This document shows, one piece after another, positions 10,046-18,634 of a DNA stretch of 64,000 nucleotides. The stretch spans positions 37,725 to 101,724 of the forward strand of contig JACRPL010000021.1 in assembly GCA_016223245.1 (NCBI GenBank). Direction: 5' to 3'. A program made the translations under genes and the position numbers. A model generated the notes under the pieces. That model ran no database searches and was not told the DNA's origin. It saw nothing but the letters and a program-made list of their open reading frames with translations. Each line of letters begins with the position of its first letter. Positions within the stretch are counted from its first letter, which is position 1. This stretch comes from Candidatus Saganbacteria bacterium. Lineage in GTDB: Bacteria > Margulisbacteria > WOR-1 > XYC2-FULL-46-14 > XYC2-FULL-37-10.

Positions 10046-10840
10046 ATGCTAGCTATCGATGTCGGGAATACTTCAACAAGTGTTGGGCTTTTTGAAGGCT
10101 TAAGGCTTAAGAGGGAATGGCGGATGGAGACGGAAAGCCTAAAGGACTTTTTTGAACCTGCGAATGAATTCGCGGTTACAAAAAAGAGCAACATTGTGAG
10201 GAACCGAGAATTAATTCTCAGGTTCCGAACCGAGCTAGATTGTATTGTTTCATCTGTCGTCCCGAAAGTTGATAAGTTTATTAAAAAAGCTTTTCCAAAA
10301 GCGATCTTTATCAGCCACAAAAATATCGGGATCAGAATAAAAGTCAAAAATCCGTCCGAGGTTGGGGCGGATCGGCTGGTTAATGCATTAGCTGTAAGCA
10401 AATTGTATGGTACGCCAGCAATTGTCGTCGATTTCGGGACAGCTACGACTTTTGATGTCATCTCAAAAAATGGGGAATATTTAGGCGGAACTATTGTTCC
10501 GGGCATCCAAATGTCAGTTGATGCTTTGCACGAAAGGACCGCGAAGCTACCAAAGATAACTATCAAAGCACCAAAGAAAGTAATAGGGGATTCAACAATT
10601 TCCGCTATGCAATCAGGGATCCTTTATGGATATGTTTCGTTGGTGGAGGGAATGATCTCAAGAATTAAATCCGAAATCCTAAATTCGAAATCCGAAACAA
10701 ATTCTAAATCTAAAATCCTAATTGTGGCTACTGGAGGCTATGCTAAATTTATAGCGAAATACGCCTTAGGAATTGATATAATTGATACGGATCTCACTCT
10801 AAAAGGATTGATGGGAATAGCTTATGAACTGGATATTTGA
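10046..10840 (+). CDS. coaX: Type III pantothenate kinase
   Basis: MLAIDVGNTSTSVGLF, GADRLVNA, VVDFGTATTFD and IVATGG are the CoaX ASKHA-fold motifs. Confidence 0.88.
   Translation: MLAIDVGNTSTSVGLFEGLRLKREWRMETESLKDFFEPANEFAVTKKSNIVRNRELILRFRTELDCIVSSVVPKVDKFIKKAFPKAIFISHKNIGIRIKVKNPSEVGADRLVNALAVSKLYGTPAIVVDFGTATTFDVISKNGEYLGGTIVPGIQMSVDALHERTAKLPKITIKAPKKVIGDSTISAMQSGILYGYVSLVEGMISRIKSEILNSKSETNSKSKILIVATGGYAKFIAKYALGIDIIDTDLTLKGLMGIAYELDI
10667..10723. repeat. A/T-rich oligo-repeat (GAAATCC / TAAATC units) in frame inside coaX
   Basis: aaatccgaaatcctaaattcgaaatccgaaacaaattctaaatctaaaatcctaatt encodes KSEILNSKSETNSKSKILI, just before the conserved ATGG motif. Confidence 0.7.
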
Positions 10841-11366
10841 ATGGTTTCAAAATAGGCGCATCTACTACGAAGATATATTAAGGAAGCTTAACGAAAAGAA
10901 AATTAATTATCTTTTAGTCGGCGGGCTTGCTGTTTCCATGTACAAAGTCCCGCCAAGATTTACTATGGATATTGACCTGATCGTTGAATTTGCCCCCGAA
11001 AATGTTTCAAAATTCATCAAAGTGTTATTGGAGCTTGGCTACAAGCCTAAAGTACCGGTTGATCCGTCGGATTTTGCAGATCCTAAAAAAAGAGAGCAAT
11101 GGATAAAAGAAAAAAATATGAAGGTTTTTGCTTTTACCCACCCGGACAGGGATTATGAGCTTGTCGATGTATTTGTCGATTACCCGATGGATTATAAGGC
11201 GATGGAATCCGAAAAAAAAGTTATTAATGTAAAGGGAATGAAAATATTCGTTCCGAGCAAAAAGCATCTGATCGCCCTAAAGAAAATGGCCGGAAGGCCG
11301 GAAGATCTTGTCGATATTAAAAATTTGGAGGCCTTGCCGGATGACGAGGAGGAAATAAGAGAATGA
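10824..11366 (+). CDS. Nucleotidyltransferase-fold protein (TA-type, AbiEii/DUF6036-like)
   Basis: INYLLVGGLAVSMYKVPPRFTMDIDLIV resembles the minimal NTase G-G...D-x-D core. 180 aa. Overlaps the coaX end. Confidence 0.5.
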   Translation: MNWIFEWFQNRRIYYEDILRKLNEKKINYLLVGGLAVSMYKVPPRFTMDIDLIVEFAPENVSKFIKVLLELGYKPKVPVDPSDFADPKKREQWIKEKNMKVFAFTHPDRDYELVDVFVDYPMDYKAMESEKKVINVKGMKIFVPSKKHLIALKKMAGRPEDLVDIKNLEALPDDEEEIRE

Positions 11367-11542
11367 AATACGATTGGCAAGGGTCAAATTCTGAAAGATT
11401 TAAAAAGCTTTCTGCTTTAGATGTGCTTGAATGGATGGAGAAGACCAGCCAATTTTACAGAAAAGTCATGTCAAAAGATGATCTTGTTAAAATACGGGAA
11501 TTAAAGGAGAAAAATCTTCAAAATGTCAGAAGAACTAAGTGA
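11363..11542 (+). CDS. Small hypothetical ORF (59 aa), possible partner of the upstream NTase
   Basis: ATGA overlap with the NTase stop. Encodes MKYDWQGSNSERFKKLSALDVLEWMEKTSQFYRKVMSKDDLVKIRELKEKNLQNVRRTK. Hand-translated and below the ORF-track cutoff. Overlaps the lysS start by 20 nt. Confidence 0.25.
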   Translation: MKYDWQGSNSERFKKLSALDVLEWMEKTSQFYRKVMSKDDLVKIRELKEKNLQNVRRTK

Positions 11543-13073
11543 TCTGTTAAAAATTAGACGACAGAAACTTGATGACCTGCGAGCTGCGGGGATAAATCCA
11601 TTCCCATATAAATATGATAGAAGCATAACCGCGCAAGAGATCATAAAGAATTTTGATTCGCTTGTGGAACATCAAGAAAGCCCTGACATTGTGTCGGTTG
11701 CAGGCCGAATCATGACTAAGCGCGGCCATGGCAAAGCCTCATTCGCGACGATACAAGATGAATCTGGGAAAATACAAATATACGCAAGACAAGATGTATT
11801 GAACGAAAAATATGATTTTTACTCAAAATTGGATATCGGAGATATCATCGGGGTCAAAGGCCATGTCTTTAAAACAAAGACCGGCGAAACAACTGTTCGT
11901 GTAGAAGATTGGACACTTCTTTGCAAGAGCCTTCATCCGCTGCCAGAAAAATGGCATGGATTAACTGACAAAGAGCTTTGCTACCGCGAGCGGTATGTTG
12001 ATCTGATAACTAATTCGGAAACTCGAGATACATTCAAAAAGCGGTCAAAGATCATCTCTAATATAAGGAACTTTCTTGAAACAAAGGGTTTTATGGAAGT
12101 TGAAACACCTATACTCCACGTTTTACAGGGCGGAGCCGCCGCAAGGCCGTTCGAAACCTTCCACGACACACTCGATATGCCATTCTTCCTAAGAATAGCG
12201 CCAGAGCTTTATCTTAAAAGATTGATCGTCGGCGGATTTGAAAAAGTGTTCGAATTAGGGCGTGCTTTTAGGAATGAAGGAATGTCATTTAAACATAATC
12301 CTGAATACACAATGCTTGAAGTGTACGAGACTTATGTTGACTACCAAGCTGTAATGAAGATGACAGAGGATATGATAGTTGAAGTGCTACAGAAGGCTGT
12401 TGGGTCTCTCAAATTGGAATTTCGAGGGGAGCCAGTTGACTTTACGCCTCCATTCAAACGAATGCCTCTTCTTGAAGTGTTGAAGCATTACGGGAATATC
12501 GATATAGCAAACAAATCAGATGAAGAGATACGACAGATCGGAAAAACTAATGGGATAGAAGGGGCGATGGAGCTTGGTGTCGGAAAAGTAATAAATGAAC
12601 TTTACGACAAGTTTGTAGAGCCAAACCTCCGCCAGCCGACATTTATCATTGATTATCCAATTGAAACTTCGCCATTAGCCAAGAAGAAAAGAGATAACGA
12701 CAGGTTAGTCGAAAGATTCGAGTTGATAGTCTGCGGAATGGAGATAGCCAACGCTTTCTCGGAATTGAACGATCCGATCGATCAGCGCGAGAGATTTACC
12801 AAACAGGCAGAACTCAAAGCGGCAGGGGATATCGAGGCCGAATCAATGGATGAAGATTTCCTCCGAGCGTTAGAGTACGGAATGCCTCCAACGGGAGGGT
12901 TGGGCGTTGGGGTCGACCGTTTGGTGATGTTGGCGACAAATTCACCAACGATCCGCGATGTACTCCTGTTCCCTCATATGAAGCCGATCCAGAACGCGCA
13001 GACTAAAAAAGAAGAACTTGAAGTATTGGATCGACCCCCACTTAATCTCCCCCTTGGTAAGGGGGAGAAATAG
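11523..13073 (+). CDS. lysS: Lysine--tRNA ligase (class II) with a ~28-aa C-terminal tail
   Basis: OB-fold N-domain and class II motifs (FRNEG, ELIVCGMEIANAFSELNDP, GGLGVGVDRL). The tail after LLFPHMKP runs into a palindromic element (PLNLPLGKGEK). Confidence 0.93.
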   Translation: MSEELSDLLKIRRQKLDDLRAAGINPFPYKYDRSITAQEIIKNFDSLVEHQESPDIVSVAGRIMTKRGHGKASFATIQDESGKIQIYARQDVLNEKYDFYSKLDIGDIIGVKGHVFKTKTGETTVRVEDWTLLCKSLHPLPEKWHGLTDKELCYRERYVDLITNSETRDTFKKRSKIISNIRNFLETKGFMEVETPILHVLQGGAAARPFETFHDTLDMPFFLRIAPELYLKRLIVGGFEKVFELGRAFRNEGMSFKHNPEYTMLEVYETYVDYQAVMKMTEDMIVEVLQKAVGSLKLEFRGEPVDFTPPFKRMPLLEVLKHYGNIDIANKSDEEIRQIGKTNGIEGAMELGVGKVINELYDKFVEPNLRQPTFIIDYPIETSPLAKKKRDNDRLVERFELIVCGMEIANAFSELNDPIDQRERFTKQAELKAAGDIEAESMDEDFLRALEYGMPPTGGLGVGVDRLVMLATNSPTIRDVLLFPHMKPIQNAQTKKEELEVLDRPPLNLPLGKGEK

Positions 13074-13080
13074 AGGGGGT
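13034..13080. repeat. C-rich nested palindrome (CTTAATCxCCCC family) over the lysS stop
   Basis: Inner stem tctccccctt/aagggggaga (13046-13068, loop ggt). Outer stem accccc/gggggt (13034-39/13075-80). No T-tract. Confidence 0.75.
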
Positions 13081-13085
13081 ATAAG

Positions 13086-13952
13086 TTGAAAGTAATCGAT
13101 CTATTTAAGCCAGGCTATCAGACAATATCTTTCGAGTTCTTTCCGCCAAAAACCCTCGAACAAGAAGCAAATCTCTTTAAGGTTTTAGGCGAGCTTAAGA
13201 AATTCGATCCCGATTTTGTATCTGTAACTTATGGCGCAATGGGGACAACACGAGAGAAAACTTTTAAATGGGTAAAAATGATCAAAGAAGAATTTGGCAT
13301 TGAGCCCGTCGTCCACCTGACCTGCATTGCCGCCACAAAAGACTCGATTAAATCCCAGTTGGACGAATTATCCGCTATGGAAGTGTTTAATATCCTTGCT
13401 TTACGCGGTGATCCTCCAGAGGGTGACGATTCTTTTGAGCCGCCAAAGAACGGTTTTAAATATGCAAAAGATCTTGTTTTATTCATTAAAAATCATCACC
13501 CTGAGTTTTGTGTTGGTGTTGCCGGGTTTCCAGAGGGGCATATATCAACAAAAGATCTTACATTGGACATTAAATATCTAAAAGAAAAGATAGAAGCCGG
13601 CGCTCAATATATCGTCACCCAGATGTTTTTCGACAATAGATATTTCTTTGATTTTGTTGAACAATGCAAAAAAGCCGGTATTAATATCCCGATTGTCCCG
13701 GGAATTATGCCGATCACAAATTTAAAACAGGTAAAAAAGATCACAAGCATTTGCGGGGCGACTATTCCTCAAGAAGAATTAAATCAGTTGGAAGAATATG
13801 CGGATGACCAATGCGCCGTTGAAAAATTTGGGATCGATCGCGCGGTAAAGCAATGCAAAGAGCTGCTAGAATCAAAAGCTTGCGGTATTCATTTTTTTGT
13901 TATGAACCAATCAGGACCGATATCGAAAATAATTTCAAATCTTACTCGATAA
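13086..13952 (+). CDS. metF: Methylenetetrahydrofolate reductase
   Basis: ISFEFFPPKT, HLTC, LALRGDPP and the TIM-barrel MetF layout. TTG start. Confidence 0.88.
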   Translation: MKVIDLFKPGYQTISFEFFPPKTLEQEANLFKVLGELKKFDPDFVSVTYGAMGTTREKTFKWVKMIKEEFGIEPVVHLTCIAATKDSIKSQLDELSAMEVFNILALRGDPPEGDDSFEPPKNGFKYAKDLVLFIKNHHPEFCVGVAGFPEGHISTKDLTLDIKYLKEKIEAGAQYIVTQMFFDNRYFFDFVEQCKKAGINIPIVPGIMPITNLKQVKKITSICGATIPQEELNQLEEYADDQCAVEKFGIDRAVKQCKELLESKACGIHFFVMNQSGPISKIISNLTR

Positions 13953-16779
13953 ATTCCCTTAACTCTAAAATATATGGGCGTAATTTATTAAATGCAGCAA
14001 CTTCGATCTGTCTTATTCTTTCTCTTGTTAGACCAAGCATTTGACCGACTTCCTCGAACGTATGGTCGATATTTCCATTCAATCCAAATCTTTGTTCAAG
14101 CACAAATCTTTCTTTGCCCTTGAGCGATGTAACCAGTTCCTTTTTTAATGATTCACTTAACATCCTCTTCATTGTTTCAGCTTCAGGGTTTGGCGACGAT
14201 TGATCCGATACCCCACTTCCGAGTTCAGCATCTCCATCTAATTTGGGCGCATTTAAAGATAAAGTTTGTTGTGTTTGTTTTTTTATTCCTCTTAATTTTG
14301 CAAGAGGAATTTCGAGGTATGCCGCAATTTCCGACTCTTCCGGCTCCCGCTCGAAAGCGATCCGGAGTTCGCATTCCGCGCGATTTATTTTTTTCATGAT
14401 ATCTTGAGTATAGTTTGAAATCCATATCGTACGCCCTTGATTCCCAATTGCACGCAATATTTCTGCTTTGATCCAAATGCATCCATAATGGGCTAAAGTT
14501 CCTTTTTCCGGTTCGTACAATTCAACAGCCCTATATAGGCCAAGAATACCTTCTTGTACGAGGTCGGCAAAATCCAATCCTCTTCCAACATATTTCTTTG
14601 CCATCATGTAAACAAGTCTCATATTTTCGTTAACAGTGGCCCAATTTTTTCTGGAGAGGTCAGCGCTATTATCTACCGGCAGGTGCATTCGTTTTGTTGT
14701 ATTCCAATTTATTGAAGTCATTTCGTCTTCGGGGATCCCAAATTTATCGACCTTCATTCTTTTGAATATGGCCTCGTTCCCCGGAGTAGGGTGGCACAAG
14801 GCCCACCTTGTGAGATAGGATAAGTTCGGGTCGTTAAATAATACCTTTAAGGCCAGAAGCATTCTTTTTCCGGTGAATTTGTCAAAGTCGAGCAAGGAAG
14901 GCAGGAGCCTGAAAGCATTTTGGAAAAGATACGGATCGCTTCCGTAATATCCATGCGCCAATCCCGACAGAACTTCAAGGGCATAAGCAATGCTTGTCGA
15001 GTTGTGTGTTTCTTGATTGAAATACTGGGCAAGCGCCATTAAATTCTGTTCGCTTGTGTTGGACCTTGTTATGTTTTGGACGAGCCATTCATAGTATTCT
15101 TTTCTTTTTTTTAAGTGCGCTTCTCTTGTAAGGTCGGATGATTTTACTTCCATAGCTTTTTTCAATAGTTCAAAATCATAAGGATTCGCTCGATATGCTT
15201 CCGCGTATAATTCAAAAGCCTTATTAAAACCATCTGGATCAAGCAAACTTTTTCCCGCAGAATCAAAATGCACTGCCGCTTGTTTTGCTTTTTCACCCGA
15301 GATAGGCTTATCTACCGTTAGATCTTGTTCACCCGATCTTGCGCGAATGATAAGCTCGCACAATTCCCTTTCATCTCGGCTCATCCTCGCCGCGTCAGTA
15401 AAAAATAGCACTTCTTTCCCATCAAAAGCAAGAAGGGATAACTGCAATGGCTTCATTTCCCATGGGCACCTGTGCGTCACAAACATTAATACATCGCCGA
15501 ATTTGATCTTTTGTACGCTGTTCGCGACACTTGTACTGAATTGTTCGATCAGACGGTATCCGTGCAATTTATCTTTTTCAAGAAATGAGAAAGTAGTGTT
15601 TGCCAGTGTGAATTTTTCCCATGACCATTCCCAATTCAATACGAAAGGCAAAACGGTTCTGTTGTTTTTTTTATCTGTGTGGATAAGTGCGCAAACCTTA
15701 TTTCCAATCGCTTCAACTTCAAGCATAACGCCTGCTTGCAAGCCAAGTTTTTTGGCTATTTCTTCGCCAATTCGGATGACAGGTTTTTTACCGAAGCAGA
15801 TATAGTAGCTAGTTTTTCCCTTTACTGAGTCAGCGCAAACTTTAGTAAATATCTTTTCTTCAGCGTCTTTTAACTTATGTTTTTCTATTTGCTCTCCGCC
15901 AATCAAGATTGTAGTTTTTCCTTCTTTGTCATGTTTCCTTGTAATTGATAAAGGATTTTTACTGCTGTTTTCAGCAAATATCTGGTAGACGGAGCCATCT
16001 TTTATTCTTATCTTGAATACTTCGTTTTCTTTTCTTCGCCTCCCGGCAAAGAAAATCTTTATGCCAAATATTTCCGATGAAAATATCGAATCTTTTTTAT
16101 TTGAAACGACAAAATAATTTGTAATTCCTAGGTTTATAAAATAGAAGAGGAAGTTTTTTAGGTCGAAGTTAAGGTCGCCAATAAAACTATTATCTTTGGC
16201 ATTAAACATGAGCAGAATTATGTCTTCTCCGATTCTTTGCGGGGCAAGGAGAACTTCCGTTTTTTCGCGGATTCCCGTCGGATATGGGATCAGTTTGCCT
16301 TCGTGTTCAAACATAACTATCCCCAATTCGTCGGATTCGGTCCGAAGAAGTCCGGAAAATCCTATGCCAAGTTTTGCTTCATCCATGAAAGTCGTAAAAA
16401 AGTTATTTCGATCAGTTATTTCAGGCCTAGTTTTAAGTATTGCCCCATCATAGCCAAGAGCTACCTCCCAGAAGTTTATTCCTGGTTTTTTCTGTCCAAT
16501 CCCATTTACCGTATCTACAGGGATTCCGTTAACAACGAGAGGGCTCCCGTCGATCCTTAAAAATGCTCCATGGCGGTCAACAGGGATTGCAAGCTTTGCT
16601 TCGCCTGTTTTGTCAATAAACATTAAACCTGAACCAGAAGAAAATGAAACATTGCAGCCACCGCGCGCCAACATTTTGTTTGTCCCATTAGACCTCGAAA
16701 ATGAGAATTTCCAACCATTTACTCTAACTGCGGTTAACTGCGGGCTTGTATGAGGGGCTCTTGATCTTACAAGTTCCAT
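13942..16779 (-). CDS. Giant sigma-70-family protein: ~690-aa uncharacterised N-terminal region fused to sigma regions 2-4
   Basis: Single uninterrupted 945-aa ORF. The C-terminus has region 2 (DLVQEGILGLYRAVELYEPEKG...WIKAEILRAI), region 3, and region 4 HTH (TFEEVGQMLGLTRERIRQIEVAAFNKLR). The N-terminus has no family I recognise. Confidence 0.7.
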   Translation of the reverse strand: MELVRSRAPHTSPQLTAVRVNGWKFSFSRSNGTNKMLARGGCNVSFSSGSGLMFIDKTGEAKLAIPVDRHGAFLRIDGSPLVVNGIPVDTVNGIGQKKPGINFWEVALGYDGAILKTRPEITDRNNFFTTFMDEAKLGIGFSGLLRTESDELGIVMFEHEGKLIPYPTGIREKTEVLLAPQRIGEDIILLMFNAKDNSFIGDLNFDLKNFLFYFINLGITNYFVVSNKKDSIFSSEIFGIKIFFAGRRRKENEVFKIRIKDGSVYQIFAENSSKNPLSITRKHDKEGKTTILIGGEQIEKHKLKDAEEKIFTKVCADSVKGKTSYYICFGKKPVIRIGEEIAKKLGLQAGVMLEVEAIGNKVCALIHTDKKNNRTVLPFVLNWEWSWEKFTLANTTFSFLEKDKLHGYRLIEQFSTSVANSVQKIKFGDVLMFVTHRCPWEMKPLQLSLLAFDGKEVLFFTDAARMSRDERELCELIIRARSGEQDLTVDKPISGEKAKQAAVHFDSAGKSLLDPDGFNKAFELYAEAYRANPYDFELLKKAMEVKSSDLTREAHLKKRKEYYEWLVQNITRSNTSEQNLMALAQYFNQETHNSTSIAYALEVLSGLAHGYYGSDPYLFQNAFRLLPSLLDFDKFTGKRMLLALKVLFNDPNLSYLTRWALCHPTPGNEAIFKRMKVDKFGIPEDEMTSINWNTTKRMHLPVDNSADLSRKNWATVNENMRLVYMMAKKYVGRGLDFADLVQEGILGLYRAVELYEPEKGTLAHYGCIWIKAEILRAIGNQGRTIWISNYTQDIMKKINRAECELRIAFEREPEESEIAAYLEIPLAKLRGIKKQTQQTLSLNAPKLDGDAELGSGVSDQSSPNPEAETMKRMLSESLKKELVTSLKGKERFVLEQRFGLNGNIDHTFEEVGQMLGLTRERIRQIEVAAFNKLRPYILELREFIE

Positions 16780-16780
16780 G

Positions 16781-16791
16781 TATATATATCG
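16781..16791 (-). promoter_or_regulatory. CGATATATATA box immediately 5' of the giant-sigma ATG
   Basis: Minus strand reads tttCGATATATATAcATG. The same CGATATATAT core occurs at 18550, 29231 and 30848 in the sense orientation of the downstream genes. Confidence 0.5.
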
Positions 16792-16814
16792 AAAGAATTA
16801 GGGGCAGATTTCAG

Positions 16815-18188
16815 TTATCTTCCGCCGACAACGATCTGGGGAATTCTAATAGTAGGCTGGGCATCGGACACTGGTACATGGTCATATTTGCCGCAGATGC
16901 CGACCTGGAAGCCAAGGTCGGATCCTACCATATCAATAGTTTCTAAAACTCTAGGCCCGTTCCCTGTAAGAATTGCACCACGAACTGGATGCGTAACTTT
17001 TCCGTTCTCGATAAGATAGCCCTCATTTATTTCAAAAACAAAATCGCCATTGGCGACATTTACTTCTCCGCCGCCTATTCGAATAACTAATATTCCATTC
17101 TTTACGGAATCAATTATCTCTTGAGGATCGGAATGGCCTGAAGCGATCATTGTATTTGTCATGCGAGGAACAGGCTTTGTCCTGAATGATTCCCGGCGCC
17201 CATTTCCCGATGATTTTATTCCAAGTTCCCTTGCCGTATACCAATCGCTTAGAAATCCTTTTAGAATTCCATTCTCTATTAGAATGGTCTTTTGTGCAGG
17301 GGTTCCTTCATCATCAAATGCAGCTGATCCAAATTTTTGAGGAAGGGTAGTGTCGTCAATTACAGTTATAAGCGGGCTTGCGACGAATTTTCCAAGCTTC
17401 CCGTTGAAAATAGATGTTCCTTTCATAATAAAATCCGCTTCAAGCGAATGTCCGCATGCTTCATGAATTAATGTTCCGCCGGCTTCAGATGATAATACCG
17501 CCATCATTTTGCCTGATGGAGCATGAGGCGCATCAAGCATAAGCACAGCTCTTTTTGCAGCTTTACCCGCCATTTCAGCCGGAGGATAAATATCAAATAG
17601 TTCAAAACCGACAGATCCTCCAGGAGCTTCATATCCGGTTTGGAGCACTCCGTTCTTTTCGGCTATGACATTAATAAAATATCTTGAGCGGATGCGATTG
17701 TCTTCTATATATATGCCTTCAGAATTAGCGATCGTCACCGCTTGGTTTGTGTCGGAATATCTAACTGTTACTTGTTTTATCTTTGGGCCGAACGATCTTG
17801 CGGTTTTATTTAATATATCGACCATGCCGATCTTTTCATCTAGTACGATCAGGTTAGGCCTTTTAAGGATTGAACTCATTTGTTCAGGGATATTGGGAAC
17901 AATATCTTTTATTTTTTTTGGTTCGCCTTTGATCGATTGAGCGATCTTCTGCGCGGCGGATATTAGCCCCTCATAACTTGTATCAGTTGATGCTATGTAT
18001 GAAACTTCTTTATTTGAAATAAGGCGGATACCTGCGCCAATATCCGTGCCTGAGATTATCTTTTCTATTTTATTATCTTCGCAGGAAACGGTTGTCGCGT
18101 TCGATTCTTCAATAAAGACCTCGGCGAGATCCCCGCCGTTTTTGAGGGCGGTAGATAGAATTTCTTCAAGATTATTGAGAGAAAGCAT
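16815..18188 (-). CDS. tldD: Metalloprotease TldD
   Basis: 457 aa with the TldD/PmbA fold signature and HEACGHSLEADF metal site. Confidence 0.88.
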   Translation of the reverse strand: MLSLNNLEEILSTALKNGGDLAEVFIEESNATTVSCEDNKIEKIISGTDIGAGIRLISNKEVSYIASTDTSYEGLISAAQKIAQSIKGEPKKIKDIVPNIPEQMSSILKRPNLIVLDEKIGMVDILNKTARSFGPKIKQVTVRYSDTNQAVTIANSEGIYIEDNRIRSRYFINVIAEKNGVLQTGYEAPGGSVGFELFDIYPPAEMAGKAAKRAVLMLDAPHAPSGKMMAVLSSEAGGTLIHEACGHSLEADFIMKGTSIFNGKLGKFVASPLITVIDDTTLPQKFGSAAFDDEGTPAQKTILIENGILKGFLSDWYTARELGIKSSGNGRRESFRTKPVPRMTNTMIASGHSDPQEIIDSVKNGILVIRIGGGEVNVANGDFVFEINEGYLIENGKVTHPVRGAILTGNGPRVLETIDMVGSDLGFQVGICGKYDHVPVSDAQPTIRIPQIVVGGR

Positions 18189-18532
18189 CAGTTAGAGGTT
18201 AAGACTTTTTCTTCTATATGTTTGATTCTTTCTTCATGGTTCTCAAGCTTGACTTCTTGTCGGCGGGATTGAGCATATGACATCTTTTGTTCAATGGACA
18301 GATCTTCAAGTTTTTTCATTATTTTATCTTGGCTTGTGAGGATATCGTTTTTTAATTCTGATTTTAAGCTATTAAGACCGGTTTGAAGTTCCTGTTTTGT
18401 GGCAAATATTGCAGAAAACTTAATAATAATGTTTTCAATGTCTTTTTTTGTGATTACCATATTAAGAATATTATATATATCCAGCTTATTAATTGCAACA
18501 TGAAATTTTAATTCTTCTTTCGCCTGCTGCAA
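18188..18532 (-). CDS. Hypothetical coiled-coil protein
   Basis: 114 aa, heptad-rich (ELQTGLNSLKSELKNDILTSQDKIMKKLEDL). Its TGA shares one base with the tldD ATG. Confidence 0.4.
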   Translation of the reverse strand: MQQAKEELKFHVAINKLDIYNILNMVITKKDIENIIIKFSAIFATKQELQTGLNSLKSELKNDILTSQDKIMKKLEDLSIEQKMSYAQSRRQEVKLENHEERIKHIEEKVLTSN

Positions 18533-18549
18533 TTATCTAGTGTTTTTGA

Positions 18550-18618
18550 CGATATATATGCGGGCCAAAAAGAAAAAGATAATCCATGGGAAAATGGGTT
18601 GATTTTTCAGAGGTCTCA
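18550..18618 (+). promoter_or_regulatory. Conserved leader element, copy X (upstream of the 252-aa orphan gene)
   Basis: cGATATATATGCGGGCCAAAAAGAAAAAGATAATCCATGGGAAAATGGGTTGATTTTTCAGAGGTCTCA. 67 of 68 nt are identical to the reverse complement of 29163-29230. Confidence 0.8.
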
Positions 18619-18634
18619 GTAAGAGATAAACAAA

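Noticed and set aside
10030-10566. 178-aa minus-strand ORF
   Set aside because: It is antisense to coaX, whose ASKHA motifs are clear.
13942-13952. Convergent gene-end overlaps (metF/sigma here; also ppsA/lipoprotein at 2638-2645, rluD/9640 ORF, 40816-40842) as regulatory antisense features
   Set aside because: Short 3'-3' overlaps are common in compact genomes. No hairpin or other signal was seen there.
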